Origin: an uncultured Rickettsiales bacterium
GTDB lineage: Bacteria > Pseudomonadota > Alphaproteobacteria > Rickettsiales > UBA1997
Direction of reading: 5' to 3'
DNA length: 44,437 nucleotides
NCBI GenBank assembly: GCA_944391005.1
Contig: CALXSB010000015.1
Span: forward strand, 1-44,437
Both the position numbers and the translations under genes were made by a program. Positions 25,840 through 34,515 of the stretch are shown here, piece after piece. Position 1 is the stretch's first letter. The number at the start of each line of letters is the position of its first letter. Below the pieces are notes generated by a model. It did not search any database. It saw only the letters and a program-made list of their open reading frames with translations, and had not been told where the DNA came from.

Positions 25840-26673
25840 TTATTTATTGTTTTCCGGAGTGCAAAACTGTCTGCTTGTTTCTGACTGTAAAAAATCTGCT
25901 ACTTCGTTGACTAATTTATTGTCTTTATAGTTCTCTCTTGATTTTTTAGATTTTTCTATAATTGAACTAGTATTATCTTTTGATTCAAAAACATCCTTGT
26001 AAAAATGCATTAAAGCGAATATTTCTTTTTTGTCTACACCGGATCTTTTTAATCCAACTAAATTTAAACCTTGCAATCTACTTCGTCTACCAGTTTCTGC
26101 ATAGGCCATTCCATATGGTATTAAATCTTCAGCTAAGCCAGAAAGACCACCAAGCATGGCACCATTTCCAATTTTAACTTTTTGATGAATTGCAGAAAGA
26201 CCACCAATTACAACATTATTTCCAATTACAACATGTCCAGCTAAAGTGGCGTTATTTGCAAATACACAATTATTTCCAACAACACAGTCGTGAGCTATAT
26301 GGGTATTTACCATTAATAAATTATTATTTCCAATTCTAGTAATTAAATTATCACCTTCGGTTCCTGGATGTATTGTGCAATGTTCTCTAATGTTGTTATT
26401 GTCTCCAATTATGATTTCTGATTTTTCACCATGATATTTTAAATCTTGTGGAATTTCTCCTATAGTAGCGAATGGGTATATTTTATTTTCTTTTCCTATT
26501 GTCGTATATCCTTCTATAACAACATGTGCTTTAATTTCGCAGTTATCGCCAATTTTAACATTTTGACCAATGATGGAATACGCTCCAATTTTAACGTTAT
26601 TTCCAATAATAGCTCCATCTTCTATTATAGCTGTGGGGTGAATTTCACAATTATCACCTATATTATTATTCAT
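25840..26673 (-). CDS. lpxA: UDP-GlcNAc acyltransferase (likely start ATG 26673)
   Basis: Hexapeptide repeats, [34 protein letters not shown]. Confidence 0.95.
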   Translation of the reverse strand: MNNNIGDNCEIHPTAIIEDGAIIGNNVKIGAYSIIGQNVKIGDNCEIKAHVVIEGYTTIGKENKIYPFATIGEIPQDLKYHGEKSEIIIGDNNNIREHCTIHPGTEGDNLITRIGNNNLLMVNTHIAHDCVVGNNCVFANNATLAGHVVIGNNVVIGGLSAIHQKVKIGNGAMLGGLSGLAEDLIPYGMAYAETGRRSRLQGLNLVGLKRSGVDKKEIFALMHFYKDVFESKDNTSSIIEKSKKSRENYKDNKLVNEVADFLQSETSRQFCTPENNK

Positions 26674-26880
26674 TATTATATCATTTATTATAATTGTATT
26701 CTTTTTATGTGCGTAATTTAACATAAATTAATCTTTAATATTCTACAATTATATTACATTTTAAAATATTTTTATACAAATATATTTTTATTACAAAATA
26801 TTACATTTATGAAATTTGTTATTTTTATACTGCCATAATATTTTCGGAATTTTAACCTAAAGAAAAAACAAAAAAGTAAA

Positions 26881-27285
26881 ATGATAATAATAAATAAATT
26901 GCAAAAGTCAGTATACGATTGTTTAAAATCTCAAAATAGTCAGAATTTTCAAAATATTGTGGGAATTTTCACATACATTGAAAAAAATATGGATTTGCCA
27001 TATATATTTATGACGATTAAAGATTTTAATGATATATCAACATTTTCAAAAGGTATATATTCAGTAAAGCTATCAATTAATATTTATGATAAAAATACAA
27101 CCAATAGTTTTGTTATAAATATTGCCAATGAAATTAAAAATATTTTTAAAAATTTATCAAATTTTATAATTGATGAGTATGATTTAATTGATATAAAATA
27201 CAATGATTTTAGTATTTTATTAGAAAATAATAATGATATATGGCATGGAGAATTGAGCTATAATATTATAATAGGAGAGAAATAG
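26881..27285 (+). CDS. DUF3168-like phage/GTA tail completion (terminator) protein, orphan
   Basis: 134 aa; LQK.VY..L N-terminal helix, (I/V)F...P-Y-I, and HG...(Y/F) near the C-terminus. Confidence 0.65.
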   Translation: MIIINKLQKSVYDCLKSQNSQNFQNIVGIFTYIEKNMDLPYIFMTIKDFNDISTFSKGIYSVKLSINIYDKNTTNSFVINIANEIKNIFKNLSNFIIDEYDLIDIKYNDFSILLENNNDIWHGELSYNIIIGEK

Positions 27286-27413
27286 AATTTTTTTAAAATA
27301 AAGCTTGACTAATAAAAAAATACAACTATAGGTAGTAATAACTTTAGTATTTTTTAAAATTTCTAAAAAATATTAAAGCATTAAAAAACCTAATAATAAA
27401 AATAAGGAGAAAT

Positions 27414-28049
27414 ATGACAGTAGGAACTAGATACCCAACTTTAGCATTTCATACAGGTGGGGCAGGTCAAGCAAATGATGGTATTCCACCACAACCATTT
27501 GAGACTTTCTGCTATGATTCAGCGTTAATGGAAGCAAAAATACAAGACTTTAATGTTGTTCCATATACTTCTGTTTTGCCAAAGGAATTATATGGAAATA
27601 TTGTGCCTGTTGATTCTGTTGTGGATCAATTTAAACATGGTGCAGTGCTTGAAGTTATCATTGCTGGCAATGGTGCAAGAATTGAAGACCATAAGGCAAT
27701 AGCGACTGGTGTTGGTATTTGCTGGGGTAAAGATTCAAAAGGTGAATTAATTGGCGGCTGGGCTGCAGAATATGTAGAATATTTTGATACTCCAATTGAT
27801 GATGAAATAGCAGAAGGACATGCTAATATGTGGTTGAATAAATCTCTAAATCATGAATTGGAAATTAGAGGTGTTCAAAAACATAGCGAATTCCAAATTT
27901 TCCATAATTATATTAATATAACTGAACCTTTTGCCTACTGTTTAACTTGCTTAGGCTTTTTAAATTTTGAGTATGCTGATCCAGCAACTCCAAATATGAA
28001 GTTGGTAAAGCCAAGCAATAAAATTATTAAACCAAATATGAAAAAATAA
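27414..28049 (+). CDS. aaxB: Pyruvoyl-dependent arginine decarboxylase, chlamydial AaxB type
   Basis: [14 protein letters not shown]...[16 protein letters not shown], self-cleavage site [24 protein letters not shown]. Strong SD AAGGAG. Confidence 0.9.
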   Translation: MTVGTRYPTLAFHTGGAGQANDGIPPQPFETFCYDSALMEAKIQDFNVVPYTSVLPKELYGNIVPVDSVVDQFKHGAVLEVIIAGNGARIEDHKAIATGVGICWGKDSKGELIGGWAAEYVEYFDTPIDDEIAEGHANMWLNKSLNHELEIRGVQKHSEFQIFHNYINITEPFAYCLTCLGFLNFEYADPATPNMKLVKPSNKIIKPNMKK

Positions 28050-28058
28050 TTTTATAAT

Positions 28059-28089
28059 AATAACCCATTAATATAATTAATGGGTTATT
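28059..28089. terminator. Bidirectional terminator between aaxB and rbfA
   Basis: Perfect 14-bp stem aataacccattaat-ata-attaatgggttatt. Confidence 0.75.
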
Positions 28090-28105
28090 TCAATATATTT
28101 TTCTA

Positions 28106-28486
28106 TTATTTATTTGAAAACTTTTTTGATTCCTCTTCTATAATTTTGTTCATTTTGAATATTTTTTCATTTGAATTATCAAGTATAAAAATTGGCTCCG
28201 GAACATATCTTAAATTTACTCTTTTTGCTAATAAATCTTTTATTGCATATATATTTTCCTTGTTTAAATTTTTTATAACATTATTTTTATCCTTTTGTTC
28301 CATATTCATTATGTCAATATATATTTTTAAATTTCTCAAGTTCGGACTTATATCAACATCCGTAATTGAAATAAAAAATGGTTTGTTATTAAAATACATT
28401 TCACTCTTACTAAATAACTCTAATAAGACATGCTTTATTTTTTCCTGGGTTCTTAATTGCAATACACTTTTTGGTTTATTTGACAT
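28106..28486 (-). CDS. rbfA: Ribosome-binding factor A
   Basis: ITDVDISPNLR..KIY, LRYVPE..F..D.S. Confidence 0.88.
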   Translation of the reverse strand: MSNKPKSVLQLRTQEKIKHVLLELFSKSEMYFNNKPFFISITDVDISPNLRNLKIYIDIMNMEQKDKNNVIKNLNKENIYAIKDLLAKRVNLRYVPEPIFILDNSNEKIFKMNKIIEEESKKFSNK

Positions 28487-28494
28487 AAATTTTA

Positions 28495-28725
28495 CTAATT
28501 TTGTTTAGATTGATTATTTTTCTTTATTTTTGTAAAGTCAATCATTTTGTTTTGATTTTGTTTTTCTGATTTTAAAACTTCATTTTTTATTTCTTTTGTT
28601 AATGACTCTATATCATTTAAATGTTGATTTATTTCGTTATCTTGAAATGGTGCATTTTCAAGTATTGAGTTTTTATTTTCATTTATATTAAAATAATCAA
28701 CTTTAACAATTTTTTCCTTTGACAT
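28495..28725 (-). CDS. Small hypothetical protein upstream of rbfA
   Basis: 76-aa ORF, same strand, 8 nt before rbfA; no recognised motif. Confidence 0.5.
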   Translation of the reverse strand: MSKEKIVKVDYFNINENKNSILENAPFQDNEINQHLNDIESLTKEIKNEVLKSEKQNQNKMIDFTKIKKNNQSKQN

Positions 28726-28887
28726 TTATATAATGTTTAATTTAATATAATAGATATTAATATTGAAAATTCAATAATCAATAAAAATTTTGTTTTAAAA
28801 TTATCTGAAATTTTTAATGTTATTATATAAAATATTGCTTTATAAAAATAATAATTTTAAAATTGACAATTATAATATTTTATAAGA

Positions 28888-30987
28888 ATGAAGAATTTTT
28901 TAAAAATTTTACTTTTTTATTTAATTTTAAGCTATGGCACTATAGCAGCCTTTGCAAAAGTTGTTTATAAAAATAGCGAAAAGCAAAACCTCTTTTTTAA
29001 AACAAATCAGGATATAAAAGTTAAATTAACGGTTAGTGATGCTGATATTAAAACTTTCAACAAAGTTGTTAGTCTTCTTGAAAAGGAAAAATGGAGCGAT
29101 GCATTATCTTGGGCCGATTCAATAAAGAGTGAAAATCTAAAAGATTCAATGGTTGAATATGTTTTATGGAAAAAATATTCAAGATTAGATTCAAGTCTTG
29201 CTGATTCTGAATTTAGCAATTTATTAAACTTTATTTTAACGCATCCATATTTGCCTAATATAGTGTATTTAAAAAGCAAAGCTGAGAATATGTATATAAA
29301 TAATAAAATACCATATGAATTTGTTGAGGAATATTTTAATCAAGTAAATCCAGTTAATACTAGAACGGCAATATATTTATTGAACGATAGAATAAAAAAT
29401 AATAAAGATATAGAAAATATTAATTCGGATATTGTAAATACATTTTATGATTATAAATTTGACAACTACAGTTTAGATAGTTTTTTAGATAATTTTGACA
29501 GCTATTTAAAAGAGAGTAATTATGCATATAAAGTTGAAGATTTAATATGGGACAAAAATTTTGATATGGCAAATAAGCTTATAAAAAAGCTTGGGACAGA
29601 AAACAGAATATTATATTCCGGAATAATTCAAATAAATAAAAATCCAAAATATATAAATAATATTTTAAGATCTGTTCCTAGAAATTTAAGAAAAAACGAA
29701 CTGTTGTTATATACTAGATTTATTTATGAATACAAAAATAAAAATTCAAGAGATGCTTTAAAAATTTTACTTTCTTTAACGGATAAAACTAAGAGACCGG
29801 AAAAATGGTGGCTATATCAAAAATATTATGCTAGAGAGAGTATAAGAGATAAAAATTATAAACAAGCTTATTTTTTATCTGTTAATAATAATTTGCCAAA
29901 AAATAGTCCCGATTATTCTGAAGCACAATGGATGGCTGGGTGGATAGCTCTTACTTTTTTAAAAGATCCAAAAACTGCTTATTACCATTTTTACAATATG
30001 TATGATGTTGTAAATTATCCAATAAGCAAGTCTAGAGCTGCCTATTGGGCAGGAAGAGCGATGGAAGATGATAATAATTTAGAAGAGGCTATAAAATGGT
30101 ATAATATTGCATCACAGTATCCTCTATATTTTTATGGGCAGCTATCATTTCATGCGAAGAATGAACTTTTAAGCATACCATCACTTACAGATAAAAATCC
30201 GTTGCCAGAACCGCCAGTATTTACAAAAGAAGAAGAAAATATTGCACTTGATAATAATGTAGTTAAAATGGCCTATATAATGGCAAAATGTGGCGAAAAT
30301 AAGAGAGACTATACTGAACTTTTTAAAAACGCGATTAATTCCGCTAAAACTAAAGGGGAAATGAGTGCAATATTTGAAATTATAAAAAATACAGAAGATG
30401 AACAGCTAATTACGCAATTAGCAAAGTATTTGACCTATAAAGATGTATATTTTGTTGATAATTTATTCCCCGTATTGAATATAATAAATTTAGAAAATCC
30501 CAATTCAAACTTAATTCATTCTATAATAAAACAAGAAAGTGGTTTTCATGTATCTGCAGAGAGTAGAGTGGGGGCTACTGGATTTATGCAATTGATGCCA
30601 GCAACCGCAAGGGATGTTGCAAAAAAAATGAACTTAAATTATAATGAAAGATCATTAAGGACTAATCCTGCCTATAATATTTTATTAGGTTCCTATTATA
30701 TAAATTCTTTAATTAAACAGTTTGATGGATCTCAAATTCTAGCTATAGCTTCCTACAATGCCGGTGCAACACCAGTTAGGAGGTGGATGAGAGATTATGG
30801 AGATCCAAGGGAAATGAATAATATAAAAGATATAGTCAATTGGATAGAATTAATAGGATATTCGGAAACAAGAAATTATGTTCAAAGAATAGTTGAAGGT
30901 TCTATAGTGTATGAATATATTTTAGAAAAGGCAAATGATGAAATTGCTAAACAAATGGATACAAAACAAAATGTTGATAGTAGATAG
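28888..30987 (+). CDS. slt: Soluble lytic murein transglycosylase (Slt70-like)
   Basis: Signal peptide, helical repeats, IIKQESGF, GATGFMQLMPATA, ASYNAG, ETRNYVQR. Confidence 0.9.
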   Translation: MKNFLKILLFYLILSYGTIAAFAKVVYKNSEKQNLFFKTNQDIKVKLTVSDADIKTFNKVVSLLEKEKWSDALSWADSIKSENLKDSMVEYVLWKKYSRLDSSLADSEFSNLLNFILTHPYLPNIVYLKSKAENMYINNKIPYEFVEEYFNQVNPVNTRTAIYLLNDRIKNNKDIENINSDIVNTFYDYKFDNYSLDSFLDNFDSYLKESNYAYKVEDLIWDKNFDMANKLIKKLGTENRILYSGIIQINKNPKYINNILRSVPRNLRKNELLLYTRFIYEYKNKNSRDALKILLSLTDKTKRPEKWWLYQKYYARESIRDKNYKQAYFLSVNNNLPKNSPDYSEAQWMAGWIALTFLKDPKTAYYHFYNMYDVVNYPISKSRAAYWAGRAMEDDNNLEEAIKWYNIASQYPLYFYGQLSFHAKNELLSIPSLTDKNPLPEPPVFTKEEENIALDNNVVKMAYIMAKCGENKRDYTELFKNAINSAKTKGEMSAIFEIIKNTEDEQLITQLAKYLTYKDVYFVDNLFPVLNIINLENPNSNLIHSIIKQESGFHVSAESRVGATGFMQLMPATARDVAKKMNLNYNERSLRTNPAYNILLGSYYINSLIKQFDGSQILAIASYNAGATPVRRWMRDYGDPREMNNIKDIVNWIELIGYSETRNYVQRIVEGSIVYEYILEKANDEIAKQMDTKQNVDSR

Positions 30988-31879
30988 TATAATAAATAAA
31001 ATAAGAAAAAAGATATTTTTTGCAAAAATAAAAAAGTTTTTTAAAACAATGTGGACTGTTATATTTAAAACAATATTCACATTTAATTTGCATGCAGGCA
31101 CTGAAAATGCGGGGTATTTAGCTTTTTCAATACTTTTTGCTATATTTCCATTTATGATATTTTTTACTATTATAATAGGCTATATGGGACAAACTGAAAT
31201 TGGAACAAAATTAATAGAAATGTTCCAATTGGCATTGCCGGACGATATTGTAAAAACACTTTTTCCAGTTATAGACAATGTTATAAACGGACCAAAAGCT
31301 GGAATTCTTTCAATAGCTACATTGACATTAATATGGAGTGCTTCTTCATTGGTTCAAGGTTTAAAAGTTGTTCTTGATAAAGCTTTTAGAATTAAAAGCA
31401 AAAATTCATATTTTTTAGGAAGGCTTGGAAGTATAATTAAATTTTTATTAATGACAATATTTATAATAGCTGCAATTTTTACTACTATAATTTTTCCGAA
31501 AATTCTATTATTTTTAAATAAATTCATACCTATAGATTATGATTCTGATAATATTCTGATATTTTTAAAACCTCTTTTATTAAATTTATTTCTATTAACA
31601 TTTATATTGTCCATATATTACATTGTTCCTTCTAAACAAAATAGATTAAAGGATGTTTTTTGGGGTGCTATATTGACGTTAATAGGATGGATTATTTCGT
31701 TAAAAATTTTAACTTTTTATTTACAAAAAATGGCTAAATTTCAGGTTGTATATGGAAGTCTGGCTGGTATTATAATAACACTATTCTTCTTTCATATTAT
31801 GGCTATTATATTAATTTTCGGAGCTGAGTTTAATTACAATCTAAATGAATATTTTTTTAAAAATAAATTAAATAATTAG
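30971..31879 (+). CDS. YihY/virulence factor BrkB family membrane protein (start uncertain)
   Basis: AGYLAF..LFAIFPF, LIWSAS, VYGSLAGIII.L, GAEFN. Confidence 0.9.
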   Translation: MLIVDSIINKIRKKIFFAKIKKFFKTMWTVIFKTIFTFNLHAGTENAGYLAFSILFAIFPFMIFFTIIIGYMGQTEIGTKLIEMFQLALPDDIVKTLFPVIDNVINGPKAGILSIATLTLIWSASSLVQGLKVVLDKAFRIKSKNSYFLGRLGSIIKFLLMTIFIIAAIFTTIIFPKILLFLNKFIPIDYDSDNILIFLKPLLLNLFLLTFILSIYYIVPSKQNRLKDVFWGAILTLIGWIISLKILTFYLQKMAKFQVVYGSLAGIIITLFFFHIMAIILIFGAEFNYNLNEYFFKNKLNN

Positions 31880-31980
31880 TATTTGTTTTTATATTGTTGA
31901 TTAAATATTTTTGATAAAAAATTGCCTTATTTATATAAATAAGGTAATCTATATGTTTGAGCTTTATAAGTTAATGTTGT

Positions 31981-33318
31981 TTATATCTTTCTATTTGGCA
32001 TGCTTCTATCACTCTTTAATTTTGCTATATCTCTGCCACAATATCTGCGTCCTTCAATGCAAGCCCCTCTATAGCAAGCAGGAGTTAGTTTTTCCGCTAA
32101 ATCTTTATAGTTGTTGTCAATTAAATAATCATGGAGCTGTTTGCTTAAATGATAAATTTCTTCCTGTGCAGACCAGCATAATCGTTTTTCCTGTTCGTGT
32201 ATTAAGCCGTTGATATCGCTTAGCTTAATGTAGGAGACCATTATTCCGTATGGTGCTATTGCTAATGCGAGATTTTTATCTGATGTTTTTGAGATTTCAA
32301 CATACTCTTTCATAAAATCTAAAGCTTCGTCCTGCAATCCAATTTCGTTTAAAATTGGGGGCAAATAGAAATTTCCAGTTAATTCTGGCGTTCCGTGTTT
32401 TATGGTTCTATGTCTTTGATCCTGCCCCATTGTAGCTAAGGATAATTCAACTTTAGTTTTTATGGTTGAAATGTTGTTATCCATATTCTCAGGAGTAAAA
32501 TATCTTAAGTCAACAGAGTCTTTTGCGGTTGTGCTAAGATTGATGTTGTTTAAATCTATGGCTATAACTTCACAGGTTGGAGATAGTTTTATTCCGATGT
32601 TCTCAAAATTCATTTTTGGTGTCCAATTGTCTTGCCTTATTGCTTTTTCATTAAACATATAGGCTAATTCCGGATATTCATTTAAAACTAAATTCTTCAT
32701 TTGATTTATGATGTATCTCATTTCTGGAGACCATGCAGCCCTATGCATTGCAGTTAATGTTGACAAATTTATTGTATAGTCCAATGCTGTTGGAAAAATT
32801 GTTGAGATGAACATTCTCATTTGTTCCTGGGCTATTTTTCCAGAATTTAATTCTATATACTCATCGTTTGCATTTGGTCTTTCTTCTTTTATAAATTTTG
32901 CTGCAGTTTCTGTAGCCTTTTTAATATTGTTTTTGTATATTTCCTTGCCTTTTTTGATAAAGTCCATTATTCTATTAATATCGCAGTCCTTCCAAAATGT
33001 CAAAATATATTCCTGTATTTTTTCGTAATCTGGTTTTGCATACATTTTTGAGAATCTTCCTGAACGTTGATCTGTGTTGTAAAATGGACTGGCTAAATGC
33101 AGGCCGAACATTACGGAAGATATGGATAATCCGCTTATGTTAAATGTAAAATAGGTATGCTGCAAAGTTGTATGGTGCCCTGTTCTGAATAGATTATTTT
33201 CAATATCCATAGTTGTTCCCATTTCTGGAACTGTTGAAGTGTAGCAGGTCCTTGCGGCGTGGCTTATAAGATTTATAGGGCTTTCATTAGTTTTTGCTAT
33301 TAAAGATATTTTTATCAT
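31981..33318 (-). CDS. thyX: FAD-dependent thymidylate synthase, tandem two-domain form
   Basis: AARTCY, GH.T.LQH and DQRSGRF in domain 1; QDQRHRT and RLC..AQEEI in domain 2; 445 aa. Confidence 0.8.
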   Translation of the reverse strand: MIKISLIAKTNESPINLISHAARTCYTSTVPEMGTTMDIENNLFRTGHHTTLQHTYFTFNISGLSISSVMFGLHLASPFYNTDQRSGRFSKMYAKPDYEKIQEYILTFWKDCDINRIMDFIKKGKEIYKNNIKKATETAAKFIKEERPNANDEYIELNSGKIAQEQMRMFISTIFPTALDYTINLSTLTAMHRAAWSPEMRYIINQMKNLVLNEYPELAYMFNEKAIRQDNWTPKMNFENIGIKLSPTCEVIAIDLNNINLSTTAKDSVDLRYFTPENMDNNISTIKTKVELSLATMGQDQRHRTIKHGTPELTGNFYLPPILNEIGLQDEALDFMKEYVEISKTSDKNLALAIAPYGIMVSYIKLSDINGLIHEQEKRLCWSAQEEIYHLSKQLHDYLIDNNYKDLAEKLTPACYRGACIEGRRYCGRDIAKLKSDRSMPNRKI

Positions 33319-33458
33319 TTTTTCCTCTCAAAATTTTCTTATTAAATTAAATTCAATTTTTAAAAAATTGCAAGCTATTATTGGGTGTTTCTAAAAAATT
33401 CTTTACAATTAGTAATTTAAAAATTACACTTGCGGTAGATTAATATAATAAAATAGGT

Positions 33459-34367
33459 ATGAAGCAGAATACTATAAGGGATATAGCAGCATTTAGCGGA
33501 GTTGGACTGCATAGCGGGGTAATGGTTCATATGGCGATTAAACCTGCGTCTGTAAATACTGGTATAGTTTTTAGACGACTTGACTTGGACACAAAAAATA
33601 ATGAAATAAAAGTTGATTATAATTCTGTAATTAATACAAACTTGGGCACAACAATTGGCACAGCAAACAATTGTCAAAGACTTGTTTCAAACTTTTTAAT
33701 AAAGTTCGGCGTTGTAAAAGAGTATGGAATAGTTGTTAGAACAATAGAGCATCTTATGGCAAGCCTTTGGGCATGCAATATTGACAATGCAATAATTGAA
33801 CTTGACAATAAGGAAATACCAATAATGGACGGCAGTTCTGACGTATTTATAAGAAAAATAAAAGAAATTGGAATACGAGAACAGGAAGAAAATAGAAGAT
33901 TTTTAGTTGTAAAAAAAGAGGTTAGTTTTAAAGATAAAGACAGATACATTAAACTTATGCCCTATGATGGTTATAAAATAGATTTAGAGATTGATTTTAA
34001 ATATGGCGGTATAGGAAGACAACTCTATTCTTTTAATGGAAACCAGGAAGATTTTATAAACGAAATATCAATGGCAAGAACATTTTGCAATATAAAAGAT
34101 GTTGAATTTATGAAAAAGCACAATCTAGCAAAGGGTGGCAGTGAAGACAACGCAATGATTTTTGATGAAAATAAAATTATAAACAAAAATGGTTTTAGAG
34201 TTAATCTAGAACCTGTTAAGCATAAATTAATTGATTGCGTTGGCGACATGTTTACAAGCGGCTATTATATGAAATGTCATATTCAAGCCTCAAAAACAGG
34301 CCATACAATAGACAATAAAATATTGCATAGACTGTTTAGCGACAAAAGTAATTATGAAATTATATAA
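33459..34367 (+). CDS. lpxC: UDP-3-O-acyl-GlcNAc deacetylase
   Basis: GVGLHSG, TIEHLMA, EIPIMDGS, ARTF, HKLID.VGD, GH. Confidence 0.95.
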   Translation: MKQNTIRDIAAFSGVGLHSGVMVHMAIKPASVNTGIVFRRLDLDTKNNEIKVDYNSVINTNLGTTIGTANNCQRLVSNFLIKFGVVKEYGIVVRTIEHLMASLWACNIDNAIIELDNKEIPIMDGSSDVFIRKIKEIGIREQEENRRFLVVKKEVSFKDKDRYIKLMPYDGYKIDLEIDFKYGGIGRQLYSFNGNQEDFINEISMARTFCNIKDVEFMKKHNLAKGGSEDNAMIFDENKIINKNGFRVNLEPVKHKLIDCVGDMFTSGYYMKCHIQASKTGHTIDNKILHRLFSDKSNYEII

Positions 34368-34455
34368 TTTCATAATAATAAATATTTTATATAATCTGCA
34401 ATCAATATAAATAATTTAATTATTAAATAAAAAATATAAAATTTTAAATTTATAT

Positions 34456-34484
34456 TTGACATATCTTCAATTTTATGATATAAT
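34456..34484 (+). promoter_or_regulatory. Consensus sigma70 promoter for the 1148-aa repeat protein
   Basis: TTGACA-tatcttcaattttatga (17 nt)-TATAAT with an extended -10 TG. Confidence 0.8.
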
Positions 34485-34515
34485 ATTAACATGCTAATAA
34501 CTAAATGTAAAAAAT

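Noticed and set aside
28080-28508. 142-aa plus-strand ORF
   Set aside because: It is the antisense shadow of rbfA and starts inside the terminator hairpin.
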